Source: an uncultured Phycisphaeraceae bacterium (GTDB taxonomy: Bacteria; Planctomycetota; Phycisphaerae; Phycisphaerales; Phycisphaeraceae). Taken from it: a stretch of DNA of 18,014 bases. The DNA is taken from positions 6,417 to 24,430 of the forward strand of contig CAZTLX010000037.1 of assembly GCA_964614575.1 (NCBI GenBank), given 5' to 3'. Each line of letters opens with the position of its first letter. The first letter of the stretch is position 1. Positions 1-8,518 of this stretch are shown piece by piece. The position numbers and the translations under genes were made by a program. The notes beneath the pieces were generated by a model that had not been told where the DNA came from, made no database searches, and was given only the letters and a program-made list of their open reading frames with translations.

Positions 1-242
1 CGGATGGCGGCGGCGAAGTTGGTGGTGTCGTACTTGCCCAGTTGATGCGGGGTGGCAATCACGGTGGTGATGCCGTCCTGCACCAGCGCCCGGCAGAGCC
101 GGAGGGCGGCCTCGAGGTCGTGTGGGCCGTCGTCGAGGCCCGGCAGGCAGTGGCAATGAATATCCACCGACTCGGGCTGGCCGAAACGCTTGAGTCGATC
201 CGCCTGATTGGGGTGGATATTGGTGGCCGGCCCGTCGCTCAC
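1..242 (-). CDS. Protein-tyrosine phosphatase, PHP-domain CpsB/YwqE family (3' part lies beyond the window edge)
   Basis: Minus-strand translation reads VSDGPATNIHPNQADRLKRFGQPES-VDIHCHCLPGLDDGP...DGITTVIATPHQLGKY, which is the metal-binding N-terminus of Mn-dependent PHP tyrosine phosphatases. GTG at 242 overlaps the stop of the upstream kinase ORF (GTGA, 4-nt coupling). An alternative GTG at 167 would give the canonical (M)DIHCH N-terminus. Confidence 0.6.
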   Translation of the reverse strand, partial: MSDGPATNIHPNQADRLKRFGQPESVDIHCHCLPGLDDGPHDLEAALRLCRALVQDGITTVIATPHQLGKYDTTNFAAAI

Positions 243-2620
243 GCGTCTTCTCGCTGGGGTTGATCGGGAGTGGCGGAGGCGGCGGCCTCGGCCTCATGAC
301 CCCGTGAAGCGCGATCGGGCGTGGCGGGGTGAACGCCGCCGCGGCCGTTAGGGCGGACCGGCGTCAGGTCGCGGCCGTTGGGCGCGCCGTGGCCGTTGAC
401 CGCGAGCATGTGATCGGGATCGACCTGCCCGCCGTAAGCCTCGCCGTACCCGCCGTAGCTGCTGTAACCGCCGTAGTGACGATACCCGTAGTATCCGGCG
501 CGGCGTCGCGGCGCGGCGTTGATCACCACGCCGATCGGGCGGCCGCCGACATCCGCGATCGCCTGGCACGCGGACACCAACGCCCGCCGGCTGGTCTGCT
601 CGGCCCGCACCACCAGCATCGTCGCGTCGGCGACCGCCGAGATGATCCGACCGTCGGTCACCGGGCCGATCGGTGGCGAGTCGATCACCACGCGGTCATA
701 CGTCTCACCCAGTTGCCGCAGAATCTCCACGAAATCCGCCGAGTTGAGCAACTCCGCGGGGTGCGGGGGCAACTGGCCGCAGGGCAGGATGTCGAGCTTG
801 GGCACATCGGTGCCGGTGATCGCATCGGCCAGTGGTGTGTCACCGATCAGCACGCTGGAGAGGCCCGGCGTGCTCTGGTCGATGCCCCAGTGGGTGTGCT
901 GCACGGGCTTGCGGCAGTCGGCGTCGACGAGGACCGTCCGCGAGCCGGACTGCGCGAAAGCGATCGCGAGGTTGCTGGCGGTGGTCGATTTGCCGTCGCC
1001 CGGCGTAGGCGAGGTGACCAGCAGGGTCTTGGCGGAGGACTGGGCCGTGCCGAAATGGATCGCGGTGCGGATCGTGCGGAACGCTTCGGTGATGCTGGAT
1101 CGCGGATTGTCGCGGACGACCTGGGCGAGGCTGGTGTCCTTCGCGCGGCCGAGGTTAGAAATCACCCCCATCACCGGCAGGCCGGTCAGGCGTTCGATCT
1201 CCTCGGCCGAGCGCAGGCGATCGTCCGCCAGCTCCAGCAGGAACGCGCCGCCGAGGCCGATCATCAGACCCATCACGATGGCGATCGCGAACGTTCGCGG
1301 GCGGTCGGGCGCGATCGGGGACATCGACGCCGAGGCCGGCTCGAGGATCGAGATGTTCATCACCGCCGCGTCTTCGGTGACGTTGAGCTCCTTGATGCGG
1401 CTGTCGATGATGTCCACCTGCCGATCGATCCGGCGGGTCTTGGACTGGAGCATCGACATCTCCGCTTCCTTGGCGCCGAGCTGCGTGGTCAACGCCCGCT
1501 GCCGGTCGTATTCCTCCGACAGCGCCTGCTCGCGGGCCAGCGATTCCTGGTAACGCGAGCCGAGGATCGTGATGTACTTCTGCCCCGGGTCGTCGCCCAG
1601 GTCATCGCGATAGAGCATCTCCAGCTCGGCGATACGGCGGGTGTGACGCTCGACCACCGGGTGCGCCGGGCCGTGCGTCGCCATCAGCTCGGCGAGGTAC
1701 TCGCGCATCCGCCCGATACGGTCGGCGGCATCGGACGACTTGATCGCCCGCGCCGCCGGGTCGCCGTCCATCTGCGCCATCGACAGCAGCAGCTCCAGCC
1801 GCTCCGGCTCGTCCTTGACGTTAAGCGCCGCTTCGTAGCGGATCTTGTCCTCCATCGTCTGCAGCTCGGCCGCGGTCAGCGTCTGCGAGAGCTGCGCCAG
1901 CCGCGATGAGACCACGTTCTCCTGCTGGCCCAGCGAGAAGGACAGCTCCGCGTTGGCCTGCTTGAAATCGAGCAGCTCACGCATCGCCCGGTCGTATTCG
2001 GTCTCCAGCGTCCGCTTCTCTTCCCGCAGGATCTTGAGCACCTCGGCCGAGGTCGAGCGCTTCTTCTGGTTGTGGTAGTCCAGGTACGCCTCGACGACCG
2101 AGTTGACCACGATCGCGTTGTCCTCGGGGATCGGCGAGTCCATGCTCACGGTGAGGATGTCGCCGCTCTCGCTGGGCGAGACGCGCAGCGAACGCTTGAG
2201 GTCGATGATGGGGTTGGGTGAATCGGTGGCGATGTGGGTCGAGCGCATCGCCGGCAGGCGCAGCGCCGCGCCGAGCAAGGCGGTGGAGCGCATGATCTCG
2301 GTCTGGGCGTAGAGGTCGCGTCCGGTGACCAGCGAGCTCACATCGTTGCCGATGATCTGCGGGCTGCTGCGCTCGATATAGACCTGCGCCCCGCTGCGGT
2401 AGATGGGCACGGCGTTCCAGAGGTAGGCGAACGCGGCGAGGACGGAGACGACCAGGCAGGAAAGAATCACCGCCCGCCGCCGCCAGAAGATCTCCAGGAG
2501 GTTAAGCCGGGCCCCCTCGTCATTCGCCCCGCCCCCGCCCTGCCCGAGCCGGACGGTCTCGACCCGGTTGGTCGTGGGCAAACCGGGTGTGGAACCGGGC
2601 AGTTGTTTGAATGGTCGCAT
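239..2620 (-). CDS. Polysaccharide co-polymerase / BY-kinase (Wzc/GumC-like tyrosine autokinase)
   Basis: Two TM segments (AVILSCLVVSVLAAFAYLW and IAIVMGLMIGLGGAFLLEL) flank a long coiled-coil periplasmic region. The C-terminal P-loop kinase domain carries Walker A SPTPGDGKSTTASNLAIAF, a VDADCRKP motif and a C-terminal Tyr cluster YYGYRHYGGYSSYGGYGEAY. The likely start is ATG at 2620 (MRPFKQLPGS..) with GGGGGA 5 nt upstream. The ORF extends to 2809 but upstream Met codons lack a convincing start context. Confidence 0.8.
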   Translation of the reverse strand: MRPFKQLPGSTPGLPTTNRVETVRLGQGGGGANDEGARLNLLEIFWRRRAVILSCLVVSVLAAFAYLWNAVPIYRSGAQVYIERSSPQIIGNDVSSLVTGRDLYAQTEIMRSTALLGAALRLPAMRSTHIATDSPNPIIDLKRSLRVSPSESGDILTVSMDSPIPEDNAIVVNSVVEAYLDYHNQKKRSTSAEVLKILREEKRTLETEYDRAMRELLDFKQANAELSFSLGQQENVVSSRLAQLSQTLTAAELQTMEDKIRYEAALNVKDEPERLELLLSMAQMDGDPAARAIKSSDAADRIGRMREYLAELMATHGPAHPVVERHTRRIAELEMLYRDDLGDDPGQKYITILGSRYQESLAREQALSEEYDRQRALTTQLGAKEAEMSMLQSKTRRIDRQVDIIDSRIKELNVTEDAAVMNISILEPASASMSPIAPDRPRTFAIAIVMGLMIGLGGAFLLELADDRLRSAEEIERLTGLPVMGVISNLGRAKDTSLAQVVRDNPRSSITEAFRTIRTAIHFGTAQSSAKTLLVTSPTPGDGKSTTASNLAIAFAQSGSRTVLVDADCRKPVQHTHWGIDQSTPGLSSVLIGDTPLADAITGTDVPKLDILPCGQLPPHPAELLNSADFVEILRQLGETYDRVVIDSPPIGPVTDGRIISAVADATMLVVRAEQTSRRALVSACQAIADVGGRPIGVVINAAPRRRAGYYGYRHYGGYSSYGGYGEAYGGQVDPDHMLAVNGHGAPNGRDLTPVRPNGRGGVHPATPDRASRGHEAEAAASATPDQPQREDA

Positions 2621-2878
2621 TGAGCTATCCCCCAAGTCGGGCACGTGCGTATAGTAATTTGACCGGAGCTCCCTGGCCCGGCCGCCGTACCCCGGCGGCG
2701 GACCACCGTGGTCCACTCGCCTGATCACTAATCGGGTGACGCCCCCACCCCTCCAGGCGTAACGGCGTCGGTCACCGGTGTCGCCACGTCTGATCCGTGG
2801 ATCAGGCAAAGGCTCTCATCGGTCTGGTGGCCCCTAACCCCACCAGACGCCTTTAAGGCACATCTCGACTGCCGCGCT

Positions 2879-3175
2879 TCACCGCGGGATCACCGGCGGG
2901 CGGAACGGCCGACGCGGTGGCAGGAACGGCGAACGCGGTGGCAGGCTCGTCGGCTCCACCACCGTCTCGCTCGTGCGGGACACCGTGACGGTTTCCGTGG
3001 TCGGCCCCACCGTCGCTGTCTCCAGCGTGTAGGGGTTGAAGGTGGTGCGGCTGATGGTCGGTGCCACCACCGTGCGGCTGCGTTGCGCCCAGCTCACCCC
3101 CGCGGTGCTCAGCACCAACGCGCCGGCGGCGGTAACGAGGATCAGTCTTGAACAGGTCTTGCTAAGCATGGTCAT
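2879..3175 (-). CDS. Small secreted hypothetical protein (signal peptide, Thr/Pro/Val-rich, RPFRPP C-terminus)
   Basis: 98-aa ORF with N-terminal hydrophobic signal-like segment LILVTAAGALVLSTAGVSWAQ. GGGGAG lies immediately upstream of an ATGACCATG start. It sits between the kinase and the PEP-CTERM gene on the same strand. I recognise no family. Confidence 0.4.
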   Translation of the reverse strand: MTMLSKTCSRLILVTAAGALVLSTAGVSWAQRSRTVVAPTISRTTFNPYTLETATVGPTTETVTVSRTSETVVEPTSLPPRSPFLPPRRPFRPPVIPR

Positions 3176-3236
3176 CTCCCCGGTGGTTCCGGTTGGGTTA
3201 TCTATTCGAAGCAGGCCGCTTCAGAAAACCGCTATC

Positions 3237-4142
3237 TTAACGAATGCTCGCCGAACGACGCCGACGAGCCACCAACGCCAAGGCTCCCAACCCCAGCAAC
3301 GCCAGCGACCCGGGCTCGGGGATCACGTACACGATATAATTATCGAAGTAGGCGGTGCCTTCCTGATCCGGGAAGGAGGGGTCGGCGAACGCCGCGATCG
3401 GGGCGTCGGTGAAGGCGGTCGAGTCAAGCCCGGCGATCAGCAGCAGCGATTCGGCAAAATCGTCGGTGTAAATCAGTTCGCCGTTCATGTAGATCGTCAC
3501 CTGCCCTTCGCTGCCATCGGGCTGGTTCCCCGCAGCACCGAAATCCAGGTACATCGCAAAGTCATGCCAGGCATCCCGGGCGTCCGGGGTGGAAGCAGGA
3601 TTCAGAGGATTATTCGTTCCGATGAATCCGCTATTGTCCGCATCCAGCGCAAATACGGCACCGTCAGCGGCATCAATGAAAACCCCGGCCAAACGGGTCA
3701 GGTTGGTGATGGTGCTGTTAAATGCTTCGACTCCGAACAACGGCCCATACGCGACATCGGTGTGTGAAACCACGTACTGGCTCCACTCGATCACCACGAC
3801 ATCCTGACCCGGAAGCGGGGCGTTGAGATTGGGCACGAACCAGTTGCCCGCCTCGTCGGCGGCGCGGAATACCTCGACCGATTGCCCCAGCGAGCTCGGT
3901 GCCGATGCGGTGACCACCGCGAAGCTGTCGATGGGGGTCGCGGGCGGTGCCCCGATCGCCTCGAACCAGCCATCCTGTCCACTGAGATCGGTCAAGGTGA
4001 ACGGTGGGTTCTCAAACCCCTGTGCGTCGTAAAGAATCGTCGCCCCCGGCGGTGGTGCCGCCGCGGCCGAGACGCTGATACCGAACGCAGCCCCCAGCAG
4101 GATGACCCGGCTGACTTTCTCCAAACCATTTGCGATGTGCAT
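3237..4142 (-). CDS. PEP-CTERM sorting-domain protein (putative exosortase substrate)
   Basis: C-terminus ...VIPEPGSLALLGLGALALVARRRRSASIR is a PEP motif followed by a TM helix and an Arg cluster. The N-terminal signal peptide is MHIANGLEKVSRVILLGAAFGISVSAAAA. Start is ATG at 4142 with GGAG 5 nt upstream (GGAGACGTGATG). The ORF continues upstream to 4472 without homology-like content. Confidence 0.75.
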   Translation of the reverse strand: MHIANGLEKVSRVILLGAAFGISVSAAAAPPPGATILYDAQGFENPPFTLTDLSGQDGWFEAIGAPPATPIDSFAVVTASAPSSLGQSVEVFRAADEAGNWFVPNLNAPLPGQDVVVIEWSQYVVSHTDVAYGPLFGVEAFNSTITNLTRLAGVFIDAADGAVFALDADNSGFIGTNNPLNPASTPDARDAWHDFAMYLDFGAAGNQPDGSEGQVTIYMNGELIYTDDFAESLLLIAGLDSTAFTDAPIAAFADPSFPDQEGTAYFDNYIVYVIPEPGSLALLGLGALALVARRRRSASIR

Positions 4143-4400
4143 CACGTCTCCAACCCTCCAAAGGTGTTTGTACCGGCCCCAGATTATCCACGGTGCGCCG
4201 GAAGAGTTTTGGGCCTCTTTATCCTCCGGGCGATCGGATGGTACCGGATGTTTCTGTCGAGTGGAAGGGGTTTTATTGAGATTTCGTGTTTTTCTTCCCC
4301 CGTTCGGGAAAACCCATAGCCCCCTCGCTCCCGCAAAACGCACGCGAGGCCACGCCCCTGGGCGGCAAGGCCGTGAAACCTTTAAATGTTGATTTGAAAA

Positions 4401-5165
4401 ATGCTTACGCACCGGCAAGCGTATCGCAAAGTGCAGAGGCCGCTTGGCGAACCCCGACCGGCGGCGTACCATACCGCCATGCGGCGTGAACCTCTTTTTA
4501 GGAACCTCACCGCCCAGCGCGCGGCGGTGGGCGCGGGGATGGTCGTCGCTTTTATGACCTCATTGATCGCGGCCTGGCTGGTCAGCGGGGCCGCGCTGAG
4601 CGATCCGCTGGGACCGATCCGTGCTGCAACCACGCCCACCGCGTCCCCGGCCCGGCGCGACGCCAACGCAGAGCCTGTCGCGTTTCGCAGCGTGGAACTC
4701 GGCGGGATCGACCTGCCCGTGCCCGAAACTTACGCGGAAGAAGTGCCGTCCGAAAACGCGGCCTTAGCCGAGGTGCCCCACCGCTCGTGGGCGAACCCGG
4801 ATCGGCCCGACCAGCGCCTGACCGCCTTCACGCTGCGAACGCCGACGCCCCAGCCCCCGCAGGCGCTGGCCCGCCAGACTCTCCAACAGCTTTGGCCGAC
4901 ACAGGCTCAGGCCCCGATCGCCATCGAGTTTGCCGACCGTGAGACGGGCCTGCGCGCGTTCCAATATGCCCTGTTCCCGACCCCCGGCAATCAGCGCCAA
5001 GGCTCGGTCGACCTGCTATCGGTCGCGACGCGGGACGGCCTCACCTTCCTCGTGCTGGGCCTGCACGACACCTCCGCCAATCCCGACCGGATCGAGCCGC
5101 TGCTCAATCAGCAGCGCGTCTTGTCGCAGTTGATCCTGCAAAACACCCAATTCAGGGATGAATGA
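4401..5165 (+). CDS. Hypothetical membrane-anchored protein (single N-terminal TM, Pro/Ala-rich periplasmic part)
   Basis: 254-aa ORF with TM-like segment MVVAFMTSLIAAWLVSGAAL. The true start is possibly ATG at 4479 (MRREPLF...). Its stop TGA overlaps the start of the next gene (ATGA at 5162-5165), indicating an operon. Confidence 0.5.
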   Translation: MLTHRQAYRKVQRPLGEPRPAAYHTAMRREPLFRNLTAQRAAVGAGMVVAFMTSLIAAWLVSGAALSDPLGPIRAATTPTASPARRDANAEPVAFRSVELGGIDLPVPETYAEEVPSENAALAEVPHRSWANPDRPDQRLTAFTLRTPTPQPPQALARQTLQQLWPTQAQAPIAIEFADRETGLRAFQYALFPTPGNQRQGSVDLLSVATRDGLTFLVLGLHDTSANPDRIEPLLNQQRVLSQLILQNTQFRDE

Positions 5166-6520
5166 TGTTATTCCATAAACACACGCCTTCACCGAACTAC
5201 GGGATTCATCGAATCCCTTTATACGCCTTGGCCTGCCTCGGCTTGTTGGCGCTGGCACCGACTTCGCACGCGCAGGACAAGCTGCTCGAAGATCAGTGGT
5301 GGTCCGAGCCTGCGCACGGCCTGATGCTGCACCCGCCGGTCGGTGCCGAGCGCATCGACAACACGGCGGACGGCGCGCTCGCGGTCTTTAAACACCCCGC
5401 GGGGTATCGGCTCAGCGTTTTTATCTACACCGACGAGATGGCGATCGACTTCAAGCACCTCAAGAACCGCGCCTTCGACAAGTTCAGCTACGCATTCCCC
5501 ACTTCCAGTGTGCTGCAAACGGTCATCTCGCCCCCGCCGCGGAAGAAAGGGGCCGCGGTCATGGTGGCCGCGGAAGACGATGACGGCAAACCGTTCCGCT
5601 GGGGCCAGGTGTTTATCGGTATCGACGATTTCACGTTCGCGGTGATCCAGCTCGACGCCAACCCCGACGCCTACGACCAGGCCGTCGCGACGATCGAACA
5701 GATGCTCGCTTCGCTTAAGATCATGGACCTGGGCGAACTGCGGAATCTGCGGGCGGAGCAGATGCTCATCGGACAGACCTGGCTCAACGAGATCGTCAAG
5801 GGTGAAACACAAGTCACGGTCCCGCGGGAGATGTGGTTTCGGGTGATCGAGAAGGGTGAAGATATCGGCTACCGACGTGTGCGCTTTGTGACCGACGAGG
5901 CCGAGCTTAAAGGCGATAACCTCGGCCCCGGCGTGGCGGTGAAGGACCAGATGCGGCTGGTGGCCAACCGCCGTGTTTTCGACGTCGCGATCAATGCCTA
6001 CAAGGCCGACGCCGAAGCGTTTGAGGCCTGGGAAGCCCGCACCACCCTGCGCAAGCAGATGGCGGGAACCGAACGCACCGCGACCTGGGTGGACACCGGC
6101 TTCCGCACCGGTGACACCCTTCAGACCACCCGCGACAAACCGTCGCAGTGGGGCGCGGTGCAGGACAACGCCGCGCAGCCGGGCGTACCCAAAACCTCAC
6201 GCTGGCCCACCCCCCCCGTGGCCTACCTCGCCCAGACCGACCTCTACCGCTTCCTCCCGTTTTGGCACACCCTGCCTCAAGACGCCTGCTTCTACAGCTA
6301 CGACATCAACACCGGCGAGCTTGCCCAGCGGCTGATCAGCGTCAATGAACAGGCGGATGGCGGCAAACTCGTCACCGTCCGGCCCACGCCTTCCTCCGGC
6401 CTGCAACGCTTGGAGTATGACGCGGAGGGCAACCTCCGCCGACACGTCATGGCCGACGGCCGCATCTTCATCCCCACGACCGCCGACCAGATCGCCGTGC
6501 TGTGGAACGTGACCCGCTGA
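5162..6520 (+). CDS. Secreted hypothetical protein (Sec signal peptide)
   Basis: 452-aa ORF with signal peptide ...LYALACLGLLALAPTSHAQD. It has ordinary amino-acid composition, unlike the GC-noise ORFs. It is translationally coupled to the upstream ORF and followed by the M48 protease gene. Confidence 0.65.
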   Translation: MMLFHKHTPSPNYGIHRIPLYALACLGLLALAPTSHAQDKLLEDQWWSEPAHGLMLHPPVGAERIDNTADGALAVFKHPAGYRLSVFIYTDEMAIDFKHLKNRAFDKFSYAFPTSSVLQTVISPPPRKKGAAVMVAAEDDDGKPFRWGQVFIGIDDFTFAVIQLDANPDAYDQAVATIEQMLASLKIMDLGELRNLRAEQMLIGQTWLNEIVKGETQVTVPREMWFRVIEKGEDIGYRRVRFVTDEAELKGDNLGPGVAVKDQMRLVANRRVFDVAINAYKADAEAFEAWEARTTLRKQMAGTERTATWVDTGFRTGDTLQTTRDKPSQWGAVQDNAAQPGVPKTSRWPTPPVAYLAQTDLYRFLPFWHTLPQDACFYSYDINTGELAQRLISVNEQADGGKLVTVRPTPSSGLQRLEYDAEGNLRRHVMADGRIFIPTTADQIAVLWNVTR

Positions 6521-6622
6521 ACGAAGACATCCTTGACAGCGTCGGCCGCGGGGAACGTGCTAAACTTGTATCCGCCGCTTACGGCTACGCGCTGATCACC
6601 AACCATCAACCGGCACCCCGAG

Positions 6623-7612
6623 ATGCGACGATTCCTCCTCACCCTGCTGCTGACCGTCACGCCGCTGCTGATGCTCGGCGGCTGTTCGACCAATCCCGCG
6701 ACCGGCCGTTCACAACTCAACGTGCTTTCGCGTGAGGAAGAGATCCAACTCGGCGCCGAGGCCGCGCCGCAGTTTGTCGAGCAGAACGGGGGCGAGGTCC
6801 CCTCCGAGACGATCCGCCGTTATGTCAGCGAAGTCGGACACAAACTCGCGGCGTTGTCGGAGCGGCCGGAATTGCCGTGGGAGTTTTTCGTGCTCGACTC
6901 CAAACAAATCAACGCCTTCGCGCTGCCGGGCGGCAAGGTGTTCATGTCGCGCGGGCTGCTGGAGAAGATGGACAACGAGGCGCAACTCGCGGGGGTGCTC
7001 GGCCATGAGATCGGCCACGTCACCGCTAAGCACATCAACGACCGCATGGCGCAGGCAATCGGCTGGGGCATCGCGGGCGCGGCGATCGGCGTGGCGGGCC
7101 AGGTCACCGACGAGGACTGGCTAACCGTGCTCGGGGTCGGCGTGGGCGTCGGCGGCGGGGTGTATCAACTGAGCTTCAGCCGCGGCCAGGAGACCGAATC
7201 CGACGAGTTAGGCGTCCGCTACATGACCGAAGCGGGCTACAACCCCGTCGCGCAGATACAGGTCATGGAAATCCTTTTACAGGCCTCGGGCGGCGGCGGC
7301 GGGTCCGACTTCTTCTCCACCCACCCCAATCCTCGCAAGCGCATTGACGATCTGCAGAAGCTGATCCCGTCGAAGTATCCCGACTACGAAGACGCGTCGA
7401 AGTACCGCTTCTACCACGATCGTTTCAAAGAGAAAGTGCTCGACGAGCTGGAGAAGCTGCCGCCGCCTCCCGAGCCGAAAGCGCCTCCCCAGCAGGCCGC
7501 CGCGATGGGCGCGTGCTGCGAAGCGCCGACGCGTGCCCACCGGCTCGGGGCGGGCCTCGGTCATGCGCCCGGCAACACCGCCCTGCTCGCGCCGCGCTCG
7601 CATGCTCATTAG
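6623..7612 (+). CDS. M48-family zinc metallopeptidase lipoprotein (BepA/YcaL/LoiP-like)
   Basis: Lipoprotein signal with lipobox LLMLGGCS. HEIGH zinc motif in GVLGHEIGHVTAKH, a downstream E (ETESDELG) and the conserved FSTHP motif typical of M48 peptidases. Confidence 0.85.
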   Translation: MRRFLLTLLLTVTPLLMLGGCSTNPATGRSQLNVLSREEEIQLGAEAAPQFVEQNGGEVPSETIRRYVSEVGHKLAALSERPELPWEFFVLDSKQINAFALPGGKVFMSRGLLEKMDNEAQLAGVLGHEIGHVTAKHINDRMAQAIGWGIAGAAIGVAGQVTDEDWLTVLGVGVGVGGGVYQLSFSRGQETESDELGVRYMTEAGYNPVAQIQVMEILLQASGGGGGSDFFSTHPNPRKRIDDLQKLIPSKYPDYEDASKYRFYHDRFKEKVLDELEKLPPPPEPKAPPQQAAAMGACCEAPTRAHRLGAGLGHAPGNTALLAPRSHAH

Positions 7613-7618
7613 CCCGCC

Positions 7619-8407
7619 ATGCCCGCCATCCCCTCGCCGATGATGATGCAAGACCCCGCCGCGCCCGCGTGGAGTGATGATGATCTGGCGCAAGACCCGC
7701 ACGCCGCGGCCGACAAGGCCCGGCGGGTCGAGGCGATGTTCAGCGCGATCGCGCGGCGGTATGACCTGAACAATCGGCTGCACTCGTTGTGGCGCGACCA
7801 GGCGTGGCGTCGCGCCGCGGTGAAGATGGCGCAGGTCAAGCCGGGCGAGGTGGTGGTCGATGTCGCCTGCGGCACGGGCGATCTGGCGATGGCGTTTGGG
7901 GCCGCGGGGGCCACGAAGGTGATCGGCATCGACTTCACCGTGCCGATGCTTGAGATCGCGCGGCACAAGCGCGGCGCGAATCAGAATACGCCCCTGACTT
8001 ATCACGCCGGCGACGCGATGCGGCTGCCGCTGGCCGACCGCTGCGCCGACATCGTGTCGATCGCGTTCGGTATCCGCAACGTCGCCCAGCCGCAGGCGGC
8101 GCTGCGTGAGTTCGCCCGGGTGCTGCGGCCGGGCGGGCGGCTGATCATCCTCGAATTCAGCCAGCCGACCAACCCCCTGCTGCGCGGGTTCGACCGCCTC
8201 TATCGCGAACGGGTGATGCCCGTCACCGCGACGCTGATCGCCCGCGACCGCAGCGGGGCCTACAAGTACCTGCCCAGATCGGTCAGCACGTTCCTCTCGC
8301 GGCAACAGATGCAGGCCAACCTCGCTGCCGCGGGCTTTACCGACATCACCGCCCAACCGCTGACCTGCGGCATCGCGGTGTGCTACCGGGGCCTCCAACC
8401 AACCTGA
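7619..8407 (+). CDS. ubiE: Demethylmenaquinone / ubiquinone C-methyltransferase (UbiE/MenG family)
   Basis: Signature N-terminus VEAMFSAIARRYDLNNRLHSLWRDQAWRR, SAM motif I VVDVACGTGDLA, then LRPGGRLIILEFSQP. This is the classic UbiE/MenG class I methyltransferase. The start may be one of the internal Met codons (MMMQD...). Confidence 0.85.
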   Translation: MPAIPSPMMMQDPAAPAWSDDDLAQDPHAAADKARRVEAMFSAIARRYDLNNRLHSLWRDQAWRRAAVKMAQVKPGEVVVDVACGTGDLAMAFGAAGATKVIGIDFTVPMLEIARHKRGANQNTPLTYHAGDAMRLPLADRCADIVSIAFGIRNVAQPQAALREFARVLRPGGRLIILEFSQPTNPLLRGFDRLYRERVMPVTATLIARDRSGAYKYLPRSVSTFLSRQQMQANLAAAGFTDITAQPLTCGIAVCYRGLQPT

Positions 8408-8437
8408 TCCCCGCGATCGGGGGGTCGCGCCTGCGAC

Positions 8438-8518
8438 GTTTCACGTGGAACATTGAGGCCGAAATCGGCTCTGCCAGGCTTAAAACGCGGTTTTTTCGCA
8501 GAATGTTCCACGTGAAAC
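8438..8518. repeat. Perfect 17-bp inverted repeat (GTTTCACGTGGAACATT / AATGTTCCACGTGAAAC) enclosing a 47-nt loop with nested A/U hairpin
   Basis: Arms at 8438-8454 and 8502-8518 are exact reverse complements. The loop contains AAAACGCGGTTTT followed by a T-run at 8482-8496. It lies in an ORF-free structured interval after the ubiE stop. Confidence 0.8.

Noticed and set aside
168-242. Whether the 25 N-terminal residues of the phosphatase (GTG 242) are real
   Set aside because: Not rejected outright, but homology favours GTG at 167 (DIHCH at the extreme N-terminus). I report the longer ORF because of the exact GTGA coupling to the kinase stop. This cannot be decided without data.
329-1909. Long + strand ORFs (329..1909, 519..1553) antisense to the BY-kinase gene
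   Set aside because: Their composition is Arg/Ala/Gly/Pro-dominated, as expected for off-frame translation of high-GC coding DNA. They have no motifs and fully overlap a gene with clear Wzc signatures.
4143-4400. Inverted repeat TACGC-accggcaa-GCGTA and TTGATT hexamer in the divergent region between the PEP-CTERM gene and ORF 4401
   Set aside because: Only a 5-bp stem and no convincing -10 partner. It is too weak to call a promoter or operator.
7277-8398. 373-aa minus-strand ORF antisense to ubiE
   Set aside because: Arg/Gly-rich low-complexity product opposite a gene with unambiguous UbiE motifs.
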